In this document: in pieces, positions 37,382 through 45,809 of the stretch | How the letters are laid out: each line of letters opens with the position of its first letter | Numbering within the stretch: the stretch's first letter is position 1 | DNA from: a virus | Length of the DNA: 64,000 bases | Strand: one strand, 5' to 3' | Virus record (IMG/VR): IMGVR_UViG_3300031688_001339 | Program-made: the position numbers and the translations under genes | Notes under the pieces: model-generated | Told to the model about the DNA's origin: nothing | The model's database searches: none | What the model saw: the letters and a program-made list of their open reading frames with translations, nothing else

Positions 37382-37540
37382 TACTTTGAAATTAACTTTT
37401 CGTTAATGCAACATCACAAGTATAGCATTAGTGAAATAGAAATGATGATACCATGGGAACGTGATATATACGTTACTATGTTGATCAACTATATTAAAGA
37501 AGAAAATGAACGAAGACAAAGAGAAAGTGCAGGAAAATAA
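37349..37540 (+). CDS. gp51: gp51-like baseplate hub assembly region, in the -1 frame of gp26 (not in ORF track)
   Basis: RIGLSHNSLEAYFEINFSLMQHHKYSISEIEMMIPWERDIYVTML...; the gp51-like residues begin upstream of the first ATG in this frame. Confidence 0.8.
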   Translation, partial: RIGLSHNSLEAYFEINFSLMQHHKYSISEIEMMIPWERDIYVTMLINYIKEENERRQRESAGK

Positions 37541-37542
37541 AA

Positions 37543-37809
37543 ATGAAAAAGAAACAAATTAAAGAGAATAAGTTAGACATAGATGGTGATGGTAAGATAA
37601 GTTTTGCAGAAGCTTTCCCTTATTGGTTTGATAAGTTAAGAATATTCCCTAGAGTGTTCATATCAGTGTACATTTATATGTTCTATCAAGTGGCACAATG
37701 GTTTATGTTATTAGAAAGTCCAAATAATGCACAAGCAGGTCTTGTATCTGTTGTAGTAGGTGCTGGCGCTGCCTGGTTTGGGTTATATGTTAATTCAACA
37801 AAGAAATAG
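37543..37809 (+). CDS. Small two-TM membrane protein with an EF-hand-like loop (holin-like)
   Basis: DIDGDGKISFAE followed by two hydrophobic helices. Confidence 0.65.
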   Translation: MKKKQIKENKLDIDGDGKISFAEAFPYWFDKLRIFPRVFISVYIYMFYQVAQWFMLLESPNNAQAGLVSVVVGAGAAWFGLYVNSTKK

Positions 37810-37810
37810 A

Positions 37811-37818
37811 TATAAATA
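37811..37818 (+). promoter_or_regulatory. T4-type late promoter
   Basis: TATAAATA 5 nt before the ATG at 37824. Confidence 0.75.
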
Positions 37819-37823
37819 GTATT

Positions 37824-39200
37824 ATGGCATTACCATTAGTAGACAACCAAGACACAGATAACACTAGAATTGCAATAGAAAATTTAGGCAATCAAATTAT
37901 GGAAAGGGCGAGTTCGTCTATATCGGCGGCTACGAAGTCTATTATTCCTAATGTACCTAAAATGATTGAAACTTTAACTGTTGATCTACAAAAAGGTCCT
38001 ATTAATAGTTTTAATAATGTCATTGTAAAGTTAGAGAGAATGGTACAAGCATTAGGTTTAGATTTAAGAGAGTACAGTACAGACTTGGCTGACATGTTAC
38101 AACAAAGAGAAGAAAAGGCAATAGAGTCAGACAAGAGAGTAATGAACTTAAAGGAACAGAATATTGTTGCACGTGTTAACAAAGACACCAAAGAAGTTGA
38201 AATCTTAACTAGAGCACAAATAAGAACTGAAGAAAAATTATTAAAGAAGAAAGAACTGTCTATTATATTACTAGAGAAAGAGATTAAACTTGATAGAAAG
38301 AATTTACAAACAAAAGATAATCTATCTAACGCAGAGAAAAAGGCAACAAAAATTAGATTAGAAGAAAATTCAGAGAAGTTACAAAACATTAAAGGCGAAA
38401 GAGACCAATCAGCAGAAATGTTACAACCAAGTGGTTCAACAGTAGACACAGGCAGATCACAAGGTCTACCAATGTTTTTAGAAGAACTAAAAGACGCATT
38501 TATGGGACCTTTTCAAGCAATTGGTGAATCATTTAACATGATCAAAGATATGGGTAAAAACACAGGTGAGTTAATGAAATTCTTAGGTGGTGGTTTTCTT
38601 TCTACATTTAAATCATTAGGCAAAGGAATAAAAGCAATAGGTGGTTTCTTTACACTTGCAAGACTAGTGTTAATTGCTAAATTTGCATTGATTGTAGGCG
38701 CTCTAACATTTGTAGCATTGAACATCAAAAAGATCAAAAACTTCTTTGTTAAAATTATAGATTGGTTTAGAAATTCAAAACTAGGTAAACTATTAGGTCT
38801 TAACAAAGACCAAACACCAGAGGAGAAAATAGAGAGAAAGAGAAAACAAGAAAGTTTTGGTATGGACGATATGATGAGTGATTTTCCTTCTGTTGAGAAA
38901 TATGAAGACGCAGGTCCTCAAAATGCACCTATAGAGAAGAATAGTAAAATGGGTACAAAACGTATTGATCAATTAAATAACAATGATTTTAAGTTTACTG
39001 ATAACAAAGCGGCAGTAACAGAGTTTGATAGTTTACAAAAGAAAGCAAACGAACAATTATCAAAGAATAATATAATAATTAATAATAACTCACCAACTGT
39101 AAATTCATCAAGTAGTGGATCAGTAGTATCAGGTTTTATTAATAATAGAGCAGACGATAGCTTTATAAATGTAGGCAACAAAAGTTGGGCAGACGTTTAA
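37824..39200 (+). CDS. Putative tape measure protein (gp29-like)
   Basis: Coiled coil plus Gly-rich amphipathic/hydrophobic segment, C-terminal NNNSPTVNSSS; lies after gp26/gp51. Confidence 0.55.
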   Translation: MALPLVDNQDTDNTRIAIENLGNQIMERASSSISAATKSIIPNVPKMIETLTVDLQKGPINSFNNVIVKLERMVQALGLDLREYSTDLADMLQQREEKAIESDKRVMNLKEQNIVARVNKDTKEVEILTRAQIRTEEKLLKKKELSIILLEKEIKLDRKNLQTKDNLSNAEKKATKIRLEENSEKLQNIKGERDQSAEMLQPSGSTVDTGRSQGLPMFLEELKDAFMGPFQAIGESFNMIKDMGKNTGELMKFLGGGFLSTFKSLGKGIKAIGGFFTLARLVLIAKFALIVGALTFVALNIKKIKNFFVKIIDWFRNSKLGKLLGLNKDQTPEEKIERKRKQESFGMDDMMSDFPSVEKYEDAGPQNAPIEKNSKMGTKRIDQLNNNDFKFTDNKAAVTEFDSLQKKANEQLSKNNIIINNNSPTVNSSSSGSVVSGFINNRADDSFINVGNKSWADV

Positions 39201-39652
39201 CGGCCAATACCTAAATCCTTTTCAGTAATAATCTTAAATTCAGCATTTTGATCTTCACAATATTTTGAAGCGGCTTGCCATTTGGCTTGGTTCTTGATAT
39301 ACTCTAAAGATTCACGCATGTAAGACTTGGTCTTTCTGCTTACTGGTTTCTTTGGTGGTTTGCATTGACGTGATGGTTTAATCTCTATAATCAATTTCTT
39401 ACCTTGTTTAGTCTTCACTATGAAGTCAGGATAGTATCTGTGCCATTTGTTATCAATTGGACTGTAGTATCTAATTGCCAATTCTTCACTTGCCCAATTA
39501 TCTATGTTAGGACTGTTATCGCAGAACACCATAAACCGTCTCTCTAAAAGAGACCGATATATGATGGTCTTTACGTTACCTACATACTTTCCTGGGTTGA
39601 TTGGGTTATATATTCCTTTAAAAGACTTCTTCATAATGTTATAAATATACAA
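39197..39652 (-). CDS. gp4: Head completion nuclease (gp4, TnsA-like)
   Basis: P.NP.KYVG, YRS.LER.FM..CD, WASEE, HRYYPDF, IEIKP, NQAKW. Confidence 0.92.
   Translation of the reverse strand: MYIYNIMKKSFKGIYNPINPGKYVGNVKTIIYRSLLERRFMVFCDNSPNIDNWASEELAIRYYSPIDNKWHRYYPDFIVKTKQGKKLIIEIKPSRQCKPPKKPVSRKTKSYMRESLEYIKNQAKWQAASKYCEDQNAEFKIITEKDLGIGR
39640..39647 (+). promoter_or_regulatory. T4-type late promoter for gp48
   Basis: TATAAATA. Confidence 0.65.
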
Positions 39653-39673
39653 TATATATAAGAGAATTAAAAT

Positions 39674-40834
39674 ATGGCTTGGACATCAAAGATAGCAAAC
39701 GTAATCAAAGGTAAAGTAGGAACAATGATTGGCTCATCAATTGCCAATAAATTGAGTTTCGCTTCATCTGGTCAAACAACCAAAGTCGCTGCTAAACTAT
39801 TAAATAAATCACCACTAGAGATAGGCACAGTAGGTCCTACTTCTCACATGGAATCTGTAAACAATCCATATCAATATGGTACTGTCTCATATCCTAGAGA
39901 GGCAGGTAATTTAGGTGCTGGTCACTATATAATATTTGATATTGTAAATCACAAGTCATCTAAATTTAAAAATCAAACATTTAAAAATGGTAAACTATCA
40001 TCATCTAAAGAGGTGCCAATGGGTGATTTTGACGCTCCAAGTAACAGAATTGCTAATATCAAAAGAAAAGGTATTACACAATCAAGCAGATTAAGATCAA
40101 CATCTACAGGTATCATGTCTAAAGTTGATGACAATCACAATTATATTTCAGATAGTATTATATTATACACACCAGCCGAGGGAATGAAATTCAATTATAG
40201 TGTAAACTATGAAGACACGCAGACAGGTCTTGCAGGAGATTTAGGTCAAGCACTTGGTGGTATAATGAACGATCCAGGTTTCTTAAACAAGATAGAAGCT
40301 GGCGCCAAAGGTGTTGCCGGTATTGGTAGTGAATTAGGTAAGACTGCCTTATTCGCAGCTGCTAGTATCATACCAGGTTTTGAGAATAGTAGACAACTAT
40401 ACGACAAGGCACTAGGTCAGGCAAAGAACCCTAATTTAGAAACAATATTCCAATCAGTACCATTTAGATCGTTTTCTTTTCCATTTATATTTGCACCTAA
40501 AGATGAGAAAGAGAAAGATGATGTACATAAAATTTTACAACTGTTTAGATTTCATATGTTACCAGAACAACAAGCAAGTGCTATAACTAATGGTTATTTC
40601 AATACGCCAAGTGAGTTTCAAATTACTTACATGTATAGAGAAAATGAAAACAGTTACTTACCAAGAATTAGTAGATGTGTTTTAAAATCTTGTAACATAG
40701 ACTATGCACCAGAGGGTGTTGTGTCTTCACTGATACCAGATGAGAAAGGCGCACCACCTACTATCATCAATATGAATTTAGAGTTTGGCGAAACAGAAAT
40801 TATGACTAAACAAACAGTAGCGGAGGGTTTCTAA
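39674..40834 (+). CDS. gp48: Baseplate tail-tube cap (gp48)
   Basis: I.LYTP, NPNLETIF....FRSFSF.F.FAP, P.EF.I.Y, L.F.ETEI.T. Confidence 0.85.
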   Translation: MAWTSKIANVIKGKVGTMIGSSIANKLSFASSGQTTKVAAKLLNKSPLEIGTVGPTSHMESVNNPYQYGTVSYPREAGNLGAGHYIIFDIVNHKSSKFKNQTFKNGKLSSSKEVPMGDFDAPSNRIANIKRKGITQSSRLRSTSTGIMSKVDDNHNYISDSIILYTPAEGMKFNYSVNYEDTQTGLAGDLGQALGGIMNDPGFLNKIEAGAKGVAGIGSELGKTALFAAASIIPGFENSRQLYDKALGQAKNPNLETIFQSVPFRSFSFPFIFAPKDEKEKDDVHKILQLFRFHMLPEQQASAITNGYFNTPSEFQITYMYRENENSYLPRISRCVLKSCNIDYAPEGVVSSLIPDEKGAPPTIINMNLEFGETEIMTKQTVAEGF

Positions 40835-40835
40835 T

Positions 40836-41360
40836 ATGTCATACTTTGATAAGTTCCCTAAAGGTAATTATTCTACTGATAACATAACATACAAACAAGT
40901 TACTGATCTATTCAGAAAGATCAAGATCAAAGACAAGATTATAGAAGAAGCAAGTTTATACCAAGAGTATGATGTACCAAATGGCGAGAGACCTGAAGAT
41001 ACATCAATGAAACACTTCGGTGATCCTCAATATCATTGGGTTGTTTTAATGACTAATGGTTCACAAGATGGTCTATACGATTGGCCACTTGATTTCAGAG
41101 CATTTGAAACATATGTAAAAGAGAAATACGCAAATCCAGATGGCATACACCATTATGAGATTGCACAGACAAGTGGTGTTACAAAGTCTAATGATTACTC
41201 ACATTTAATTGAGGTCAATGAGACGCAAGCAGGTGCAATGTCTGTTTCAAATAGAGAATATGAACAAAGACACCAAGATGAGTTAAGAAAGATTAAATTA
41301 TTAAACCCAGGTTTCTTACCAATATTATTAGAAGAATTTGAGAAAATGATGAATGAATAA
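40836..41360 (+). CDS. gp53: Baseplate wedge protein (gp53)
   Basis: YF..FP, GERPE, GDPQYHWVVLM.N, WP, HHYE, R.IKLL.P. Confidence 0.9.
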   Translation: MSYFDKFPKGNYSTDNITYKQVTDLFRKIKIKDKIIEEASLYQEYDVPNGERPEDTSMKHFGDPQYHWVVLMTNGSQDGLYDWPLDFRAFETYVKEKYANPDGIHHYEIAQTSGVTKSNDYSHLIEVNETQAGAMSVSNREYEQRHQDELRKIKLLNPGFLPILLEEFEKMMNE

Positions 41361-41362
41361 TT

Positions 41363-42853
41363 ATGTACGATCAAATTAATGCTGACACTTTAACAAAAGC
41401 AGGCCAATTCGCCTTATCAGATATACAATTAATTTCTTATGTATCATCTGCTGGTGGTAATGAGCCAAAGAAAGTAAGTGTTAGAAGTTCCACAATAGAA
41501 ATAAACATATACGAAGATATATTCTCAAAAGGTCTATCAGGTAACATAGTCGTAGTTGATGGTCAGAATATTGCCAATCACTTACCACTTACAGGATTTG
41601 AACGTATAGAGTTTAAGATCAATACACCAGGTATTGGAAAAGGTTTTGATTTCACGGCTGTCACAGGACACCCAATGTACATATATAAAATATCAGGCAG
41701 ACAAGAGTTGTCACCTAGAACACAAGCATATGTACTACACTTCGCAAGTAAAGAAGTAATTACAAACGAACAAAGAAAAGTAACCAGATCATTTACAGGC
41801 ACTATTGATCAGATAGTACTAGATGTATTTCGTAATGAACTAGAATCTAATAAGACAATCATAGTAGAAGAAACAAAGGGTGCTCGTAAGTATGTACCAA
41901 CAGGCAATAGACCATTTGAATTTATAGATGGTGTATCTAAAGAGGCAGAATCAGGTAGATTTGAAAACTCTGGCATGTTTTTCTATGAAGACAGTACTGG
42001 TTTTAGATTTAGAAGTTTAGAAAATATGTTGGCGATTACAGACGGCGCTGCTAGACCAGTGGTCGCAAGATTTGAAAAGAAACCTAGATCAGTTAAAGGT
42101 GGTACAGGTATGACCAACGTAGTACAAGAAATGCAAACTGTTGATAGTTTCGTAATACAAAACCAGTTTGACACAATAAAGAATTTAAGAAATGGCGTCT
42201 ATGCTAGCAGAACGATAGCACATGACCTATTTAACAAAACGTATACAAAAATAGATTACGATTACAATACAGAGTTTAGTAACATATATCACACTGAACA
42301 TGATGGTGATGGTGGTAAAACAGATAATAAATCTATTGCACCATTGATTAACTATAATGGCAAACAATTCAGTGATTTTCCTAATGGCACATTATATCTA
42401 CAGTCTACAACGACCAAGATACACAATGATTACGAAGACGCACCAAAGGGTACAAATATGGCCAAGAGATTAAGTCAGAGATTGGCATTTGCGGCTATGC
42501 AAGTTTCATTGGACGCAAGAGGTTTTACTGGATTATCATGTGGTGATGTAGTTGCACTAGAAATTCCGTCATACGAACCAGTAGGTGCTGACAATCCCCT
42601 AGATAATGACCCTTACATGTCTGGACGCTATCTGGTGAAGTCCATAAGACACAAAATAGACACGGCTAAAGATATGCACACTATGGCAATCAATTGTATT
42701 AAGGACGCAGTGAGAGTGCCTTATCCAGAGGAGAGTATAGATACATTTACAGGTAGAGAAAACGCCGACGCTACAAACATATTACAATACGAGTTAGACG
42801 ACACATTAATAACAGAGGCAACAGATGAATCAAATAATGGCATACTCTCGTAG
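41363..42853 (+). CDS. Baseplate hub protein (gp27/VgrG-hub-like)
   Basis: IYEDIF....G, LPLTGFE, FFYE...GF.F.S, SGRYLV..IRH; lies between gp53 and gp5. Confidence 0.7.
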   Translation: MYDQINADTLTKAGQFALSDIQLISYVSSAGGNEPKKVSVRSSTIEINIYEDIFSKGLSGNIVVVDGQNIANHLPLTGFERIEFKINTPGIGKGFDFTAVTGHPMYIYKISGRQELSPRTQAYVLHFASKEVITNEQRKVTRSFTGTIDQIVLDVFRNELESNKTIIVEETKGARKYVPTGNRPFEFIDGVSKEAESGRFENSGMFFYEDSTGFRFRSLENMLAITDGAARPVVARFEKKPRSVKGGTGMTNVVQEMQTVDSFVIQNQFDTIKNLRNGVYASRTIAHDLFNKTYTKIDYDYNTEFSNIYHTEHDGDGGKTDNKSIAPLINYNGKQFSDFPNGTLYLQSTTTKIHNDYEDAPKGTNMAKRLSQRLAFAAMQVSLDARGFTGLSCGDVVALEIPSYEPVGADNPLDNDPYMSGRYLVKSIRHKIDTAKDMHTMAINCIKDAVRVPYPEESIDTFTGRENADATNILQYELDDTLITEATDESNNGILS

Positions 42854-42983
42854 ACCATTCAGAGAATCTCCGAGATTTCCGAGTTGTCCGCTCGCTTTGA
42901 CGATAGATATTACTCTAACGGCCAATACAATGGCCAGACGAGAGGATAACCCCATAACATAACACATATGAACGTGAAAGGCA

Positions 42984-43241
42984 ATGAATAAACCAACAAT
43001 GAATAAACTGATAGATAAAATCAACAAACACATAGACACGGTCTCTCTGGAGGCCTTTGATAAGGCATACTCTTATCATCTACTATACTTCTACAAGGGC
43101 CGTCAAGAAGTAATAAACACAATGAAACACGAAGTTAAAGACAAGCTAGCGCATGTCTTTTCTCATATAGGACAAGGTATAAATAAGGTTAACAACAAAA
43201 TTAAGGTTAAATGCTGGCCTGCGTACACCAAAGAGAAATAG
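42984..43241 (+). CDS. Possible hypothetical protein
   Basis: 85-aa ORF in the hub-gp5 gap; no recognisable motif. Confidence 0.35.
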   Translation: MNKPTMNKLIDKINKHIDTVSLEAFDKAYSYHLLYFYKGRQEVINTMKHEVKDKLAHVFSHIGQGINKVNNKIKVKCWPAYTKEK

Positions 43242-43304
43242 GTAAGAATAATGGCTAGCGTTGTAATTAAAAATAAACATATATCGGTAAATATTTAAAA
43301 GTAC

Positions 43305-44663
43305 ATGAGCAATTTTATAGGCAAAACAAATAATTTTATCTGGTTCTCAGGTGTAGTAGAGGATAGACACGACCCACTCTACGCTGGCCGTTTAAGAGTT
43401 AGATGTTTAGGTTATCATACTGATAGTAAGTCCGAATTACCCACAGTTGATCTACCTTGGGCAACCGTAATGTTATCAACGGCCTCACCTGGTATTTCAG
43501 GCATTGGCCATAGTCCTAGTTTTTTATTAGAAGGCAGTTGGGTATGGGGATACTTTCGTGACGAGGGTAACCAAGAGCCAATCATCGTGGGCAGTTTACC
43601 TGGTAAACCTAGTGAACTTGGCAATACGGCCATTGGCTTTAATGACCCTAACAGCCGACTTGATAAAGACGGCGTAGAGACAGGTGTTTCGGTTTATCCT
43701 GTAAATAAGAATGAGGTGGACACCAATAGGTTGGCGGTCAATGATCCTCTCGTAGAAGCGATATCGTTAACGGCTCGTAAAAGGGATCGTATAACGGGAG
43801 TACCAACGGCAAGGTTTGACGGTTTAAATAATATTACCCAGATGTCGGACATGGACGCCATAGCGGCACAAGAGATTGGCCTGATTGACCCAGACTATAG
43901 AGGGTTAAGAAGATACAATGGAATTTTATTAAACAATGACGCCGATGCTATAGAGGCATTGTTATATGGCTCAACGTTTGATGACGAAGAATGGTCAGCG
44001 AGGGCTCTATTGATTCGAAAGTATTCTATCACACAAGCGACAGACATACAAGCATTATTAGCCGAGATAAGAAATACAGTAAGAGGCATTATCGCAAACA
44101 CAACAACGGATGCCGAATTATGGAATCAACCCGAGATTGCATACAAGGCTCTCTATCCTTATAACCATGTATTTGAATCAGAAAGCGGCCACATAAAAGA
44201 ATACGATGACACGCCACAACATGAAAGAATATTTGAAAGACATAACAGTGGTAGTTCTTACGAGTATACCCCTAATGGAGACCGAATTGATATCATCACC
44301 AATAACCATTATACACTGACAAGCAAAGATAACCTATGTAACATACAAGGCAATTCAGATATCACAGTCAATGGCCGTCACAAAGTTTATATTAACAAAG
44401 ACGGACAAAACGACAATCACTATGATATACAAGTAGGGCCAAACGCCAACGTTAATATACAAGTAGACAAAGGCAATCTCAATGTAGTAACAAAGACAGG
44501 CCAGTTTAACTTTGATGTAGGTGCAGACTTTAATGTAAACGTAGGTGGTAATTATAACCTTACAGTACAAGGTTCAGAAACAAAAACAATTGAAGGCAGT
44601 ACAACACACAACACAACAGGCGCTACGATTATACGTGGTAGCACTATTGATTTGAATCCATAG
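43305..44663 (+). CDS. gp5: Baseplate central spike gp5 (OB-fold plus beta-helix, no lysozyme domain)
   Basis: WF.GVVEDR.DP...GRLRVRC.G.H, LPWA, GSWV.G.F.D, YPYNHV.ESESGH..EYDDTP, V.G repeats, IDLNP end. Confidence 0.9.
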   Translation: MSNFIGKTNNFIWFSGVVEDRHDPLYAGRLRVRCLGYHTDSKSELPTVDLPWATVMLSTASPGISGIGHSPSFLLEGSWVWGYFRDEGNQEPIIVGSLPGKPSELGNTAIGFNDPNSRLDKDGVETGVSVYPVNKNEVDTNRLAVNDPLVEAISLTARKRDRITGVPTARFDGLNNITQMSDMDAIAAQEIGLIDPDYRGLRRYNGILLNNDADAIEALLYGSTFDDEEWSARALLIRKYSITQATDIQALLAEIRNTVRGIIANTTTDAELWNQPEIAYKALYPYNHVFESESGHIKEYDDTPQHERIFERHNSGSSYEYTPNGDRIDIITNNHYTLTSKDNLCNIQGNSDITVNGRHKVYINKDGQNDNHYDIQVGPNANVNIQVDKGNLNVVTKTGQFNFDVGADFNVNVGGNYNLTVQGSETKTIEGSTTHNTTGATIIRGSTIDLNP

Positions 44664-44828
44664 AAAACGAACCAGGCCTCCTGGAGAAAAAGCGCTTATT
44701 GAAATAGTGTAGTGGTTTTTAATCTATAAATGCAATAACAACTTTAAGCTTAATGTAAAGTACTTATTTTTCTTTGGAGGATTTTCCTGGTGGCTGGAAG
44801 TTGGCCATACCTTTAATACGTTTAAGGG

Positions 44829-44857
44829 TTGACTTTATATACAAACTACTATATACT
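44829..44857 (+). promoter_or_regulatory. Sigma70-type promoter
   Basis: TTGACT-17-TATACT; ATG 7 nt downstream. Confidence 0.6.
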
Positions 44858-44863
44858 TACCTA

Positions 44864-44953
44864 ATGGATTTACTTCTAGCAATACTATACTCAGCAATGC
44901 CTCTACTTGTGATTGTATTGATGTTTATTAAATGGAATAAAGAAAAACCTTAA
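44864..44953 (+). CDS. Small TM peptide (29 aa), probably leaderless
   Basis: MDLLLAILYSAMPLLVIVLMFIKWNKEKP. Confidence 0.5.
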   Translation: MDLLLAILYSAMPLLVIVLMFIKWNKEKP

Positions 44954-45516
44954 ATAAAAGGTCTACCATAAAAGAACACAGGTAGACTATGCCTTTCACC
45001 GGTCTCTATGGGTGTTACTCTATGACCTAACCAAGCAGGGAATACAACAACTGTTCCTCTTTGCATATCTATTGTAAAGTTCTCTATATCATGTTTCTTT
45101 ATTTGAAACTTACCACCTGTAAATTCAGAGGGTTCATTAAGTAATATAGTCATTGATATTTTTCTTGTAAGGTTATGTAATGGATCAGCAAGGTCTTGTA
45201 TTACACTATTATGGCCTACTATGCCGTCTCTATGCCACATATACTGATTACCTGGTTTATAATTATGCAGTTGTATTTGTTCGCCATCTATACTGTAGTG
45301 CCAACCTTTCTCGTTAGCCTTATTCATATAGTGATATAATCTTTCTAGTAACCACGGATCATTCTTTTCGCAGTTTATAATACGTTTTATTTCCTCGTCA
45401 TTAAAAGCGTTATGTTCCGAATAGTATAATGGATCACTTTCTTTCTGGTACTTAAAATGATTGTTACTATCAGGACAGCTTTTAGGTTTATCGTTGGTCA
45501 TCCATTTCATAAACAC
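44950..45516 (-). CDS. 2OG-Fe(II) oxygenase (prolyl-hydroxylase-like)
   Basis: Q...Y..G..Y.WHRD, RKISMTILL, GG, FP....HRVTP...G.R.S; minus-strand TATAAATA at 45517-45524. Confidence 0.9.
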   Translation of the reverse strand: MFMKWMTNDKPKSCPDSNNHFKYQKESDPLYYSEHNAFNDEEIKRIINCEKNDPWLLERLYHYMNKANEKGWHYSIDGEQIQLHNYKPGNQYMWHRDGIVGHNSVIQDLADPLHNLTRKISMTILLNEPSEFTGGKFQIKKHDIENFTIDMQRGTVVVFPAWLGHRVTPIETGERHSLPVFFYGRPFI

Positions 45517-45640
45517 TATTTATAATGTTATCCTGTCACACCTTGCTGTGCTGTATTCTCTTATACATAACGGTGTTGGTCCGTCAGGAAAAGCTTAGAG
45601 TCCTAATGGAGATAATTTCTCACTTATACACATAAAAGTC

Positions 45641-45790
45641 CTAAATAGTTTAACGAGAGTGAATGTCTTCTCTCGGTAATCAAGAGACATATACACATAC
45701 ATTATTAGATTGGCTTGCTAATCATTGATTTTTTTATACAGTAGAGTTCGCAAGAACGGCTATGGCATAGCAACTCTGTTGCTACATAAT
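45641..45790 (+). ncRNA. Candidate structured RNA (pseudoknot plus tetraloop hairpins), family unknown
   Basis: H-type pseudoknot 45654-45690, G(CUUG)C hairpin 45708-45723, GCAA hairpin 45746-45757, all in a non-coding gap. Confidence 0.5.
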
Positions 45791-45809
45791 AAACAAATAA
45801 AAGGGTAAG

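Noticed and set aside
39197-39652. TnsA transposase / mobile element
   Set aside because: Motifs and its inverted position next to gp48/gp53 identify T4 gp4; no transposon ends are visible.
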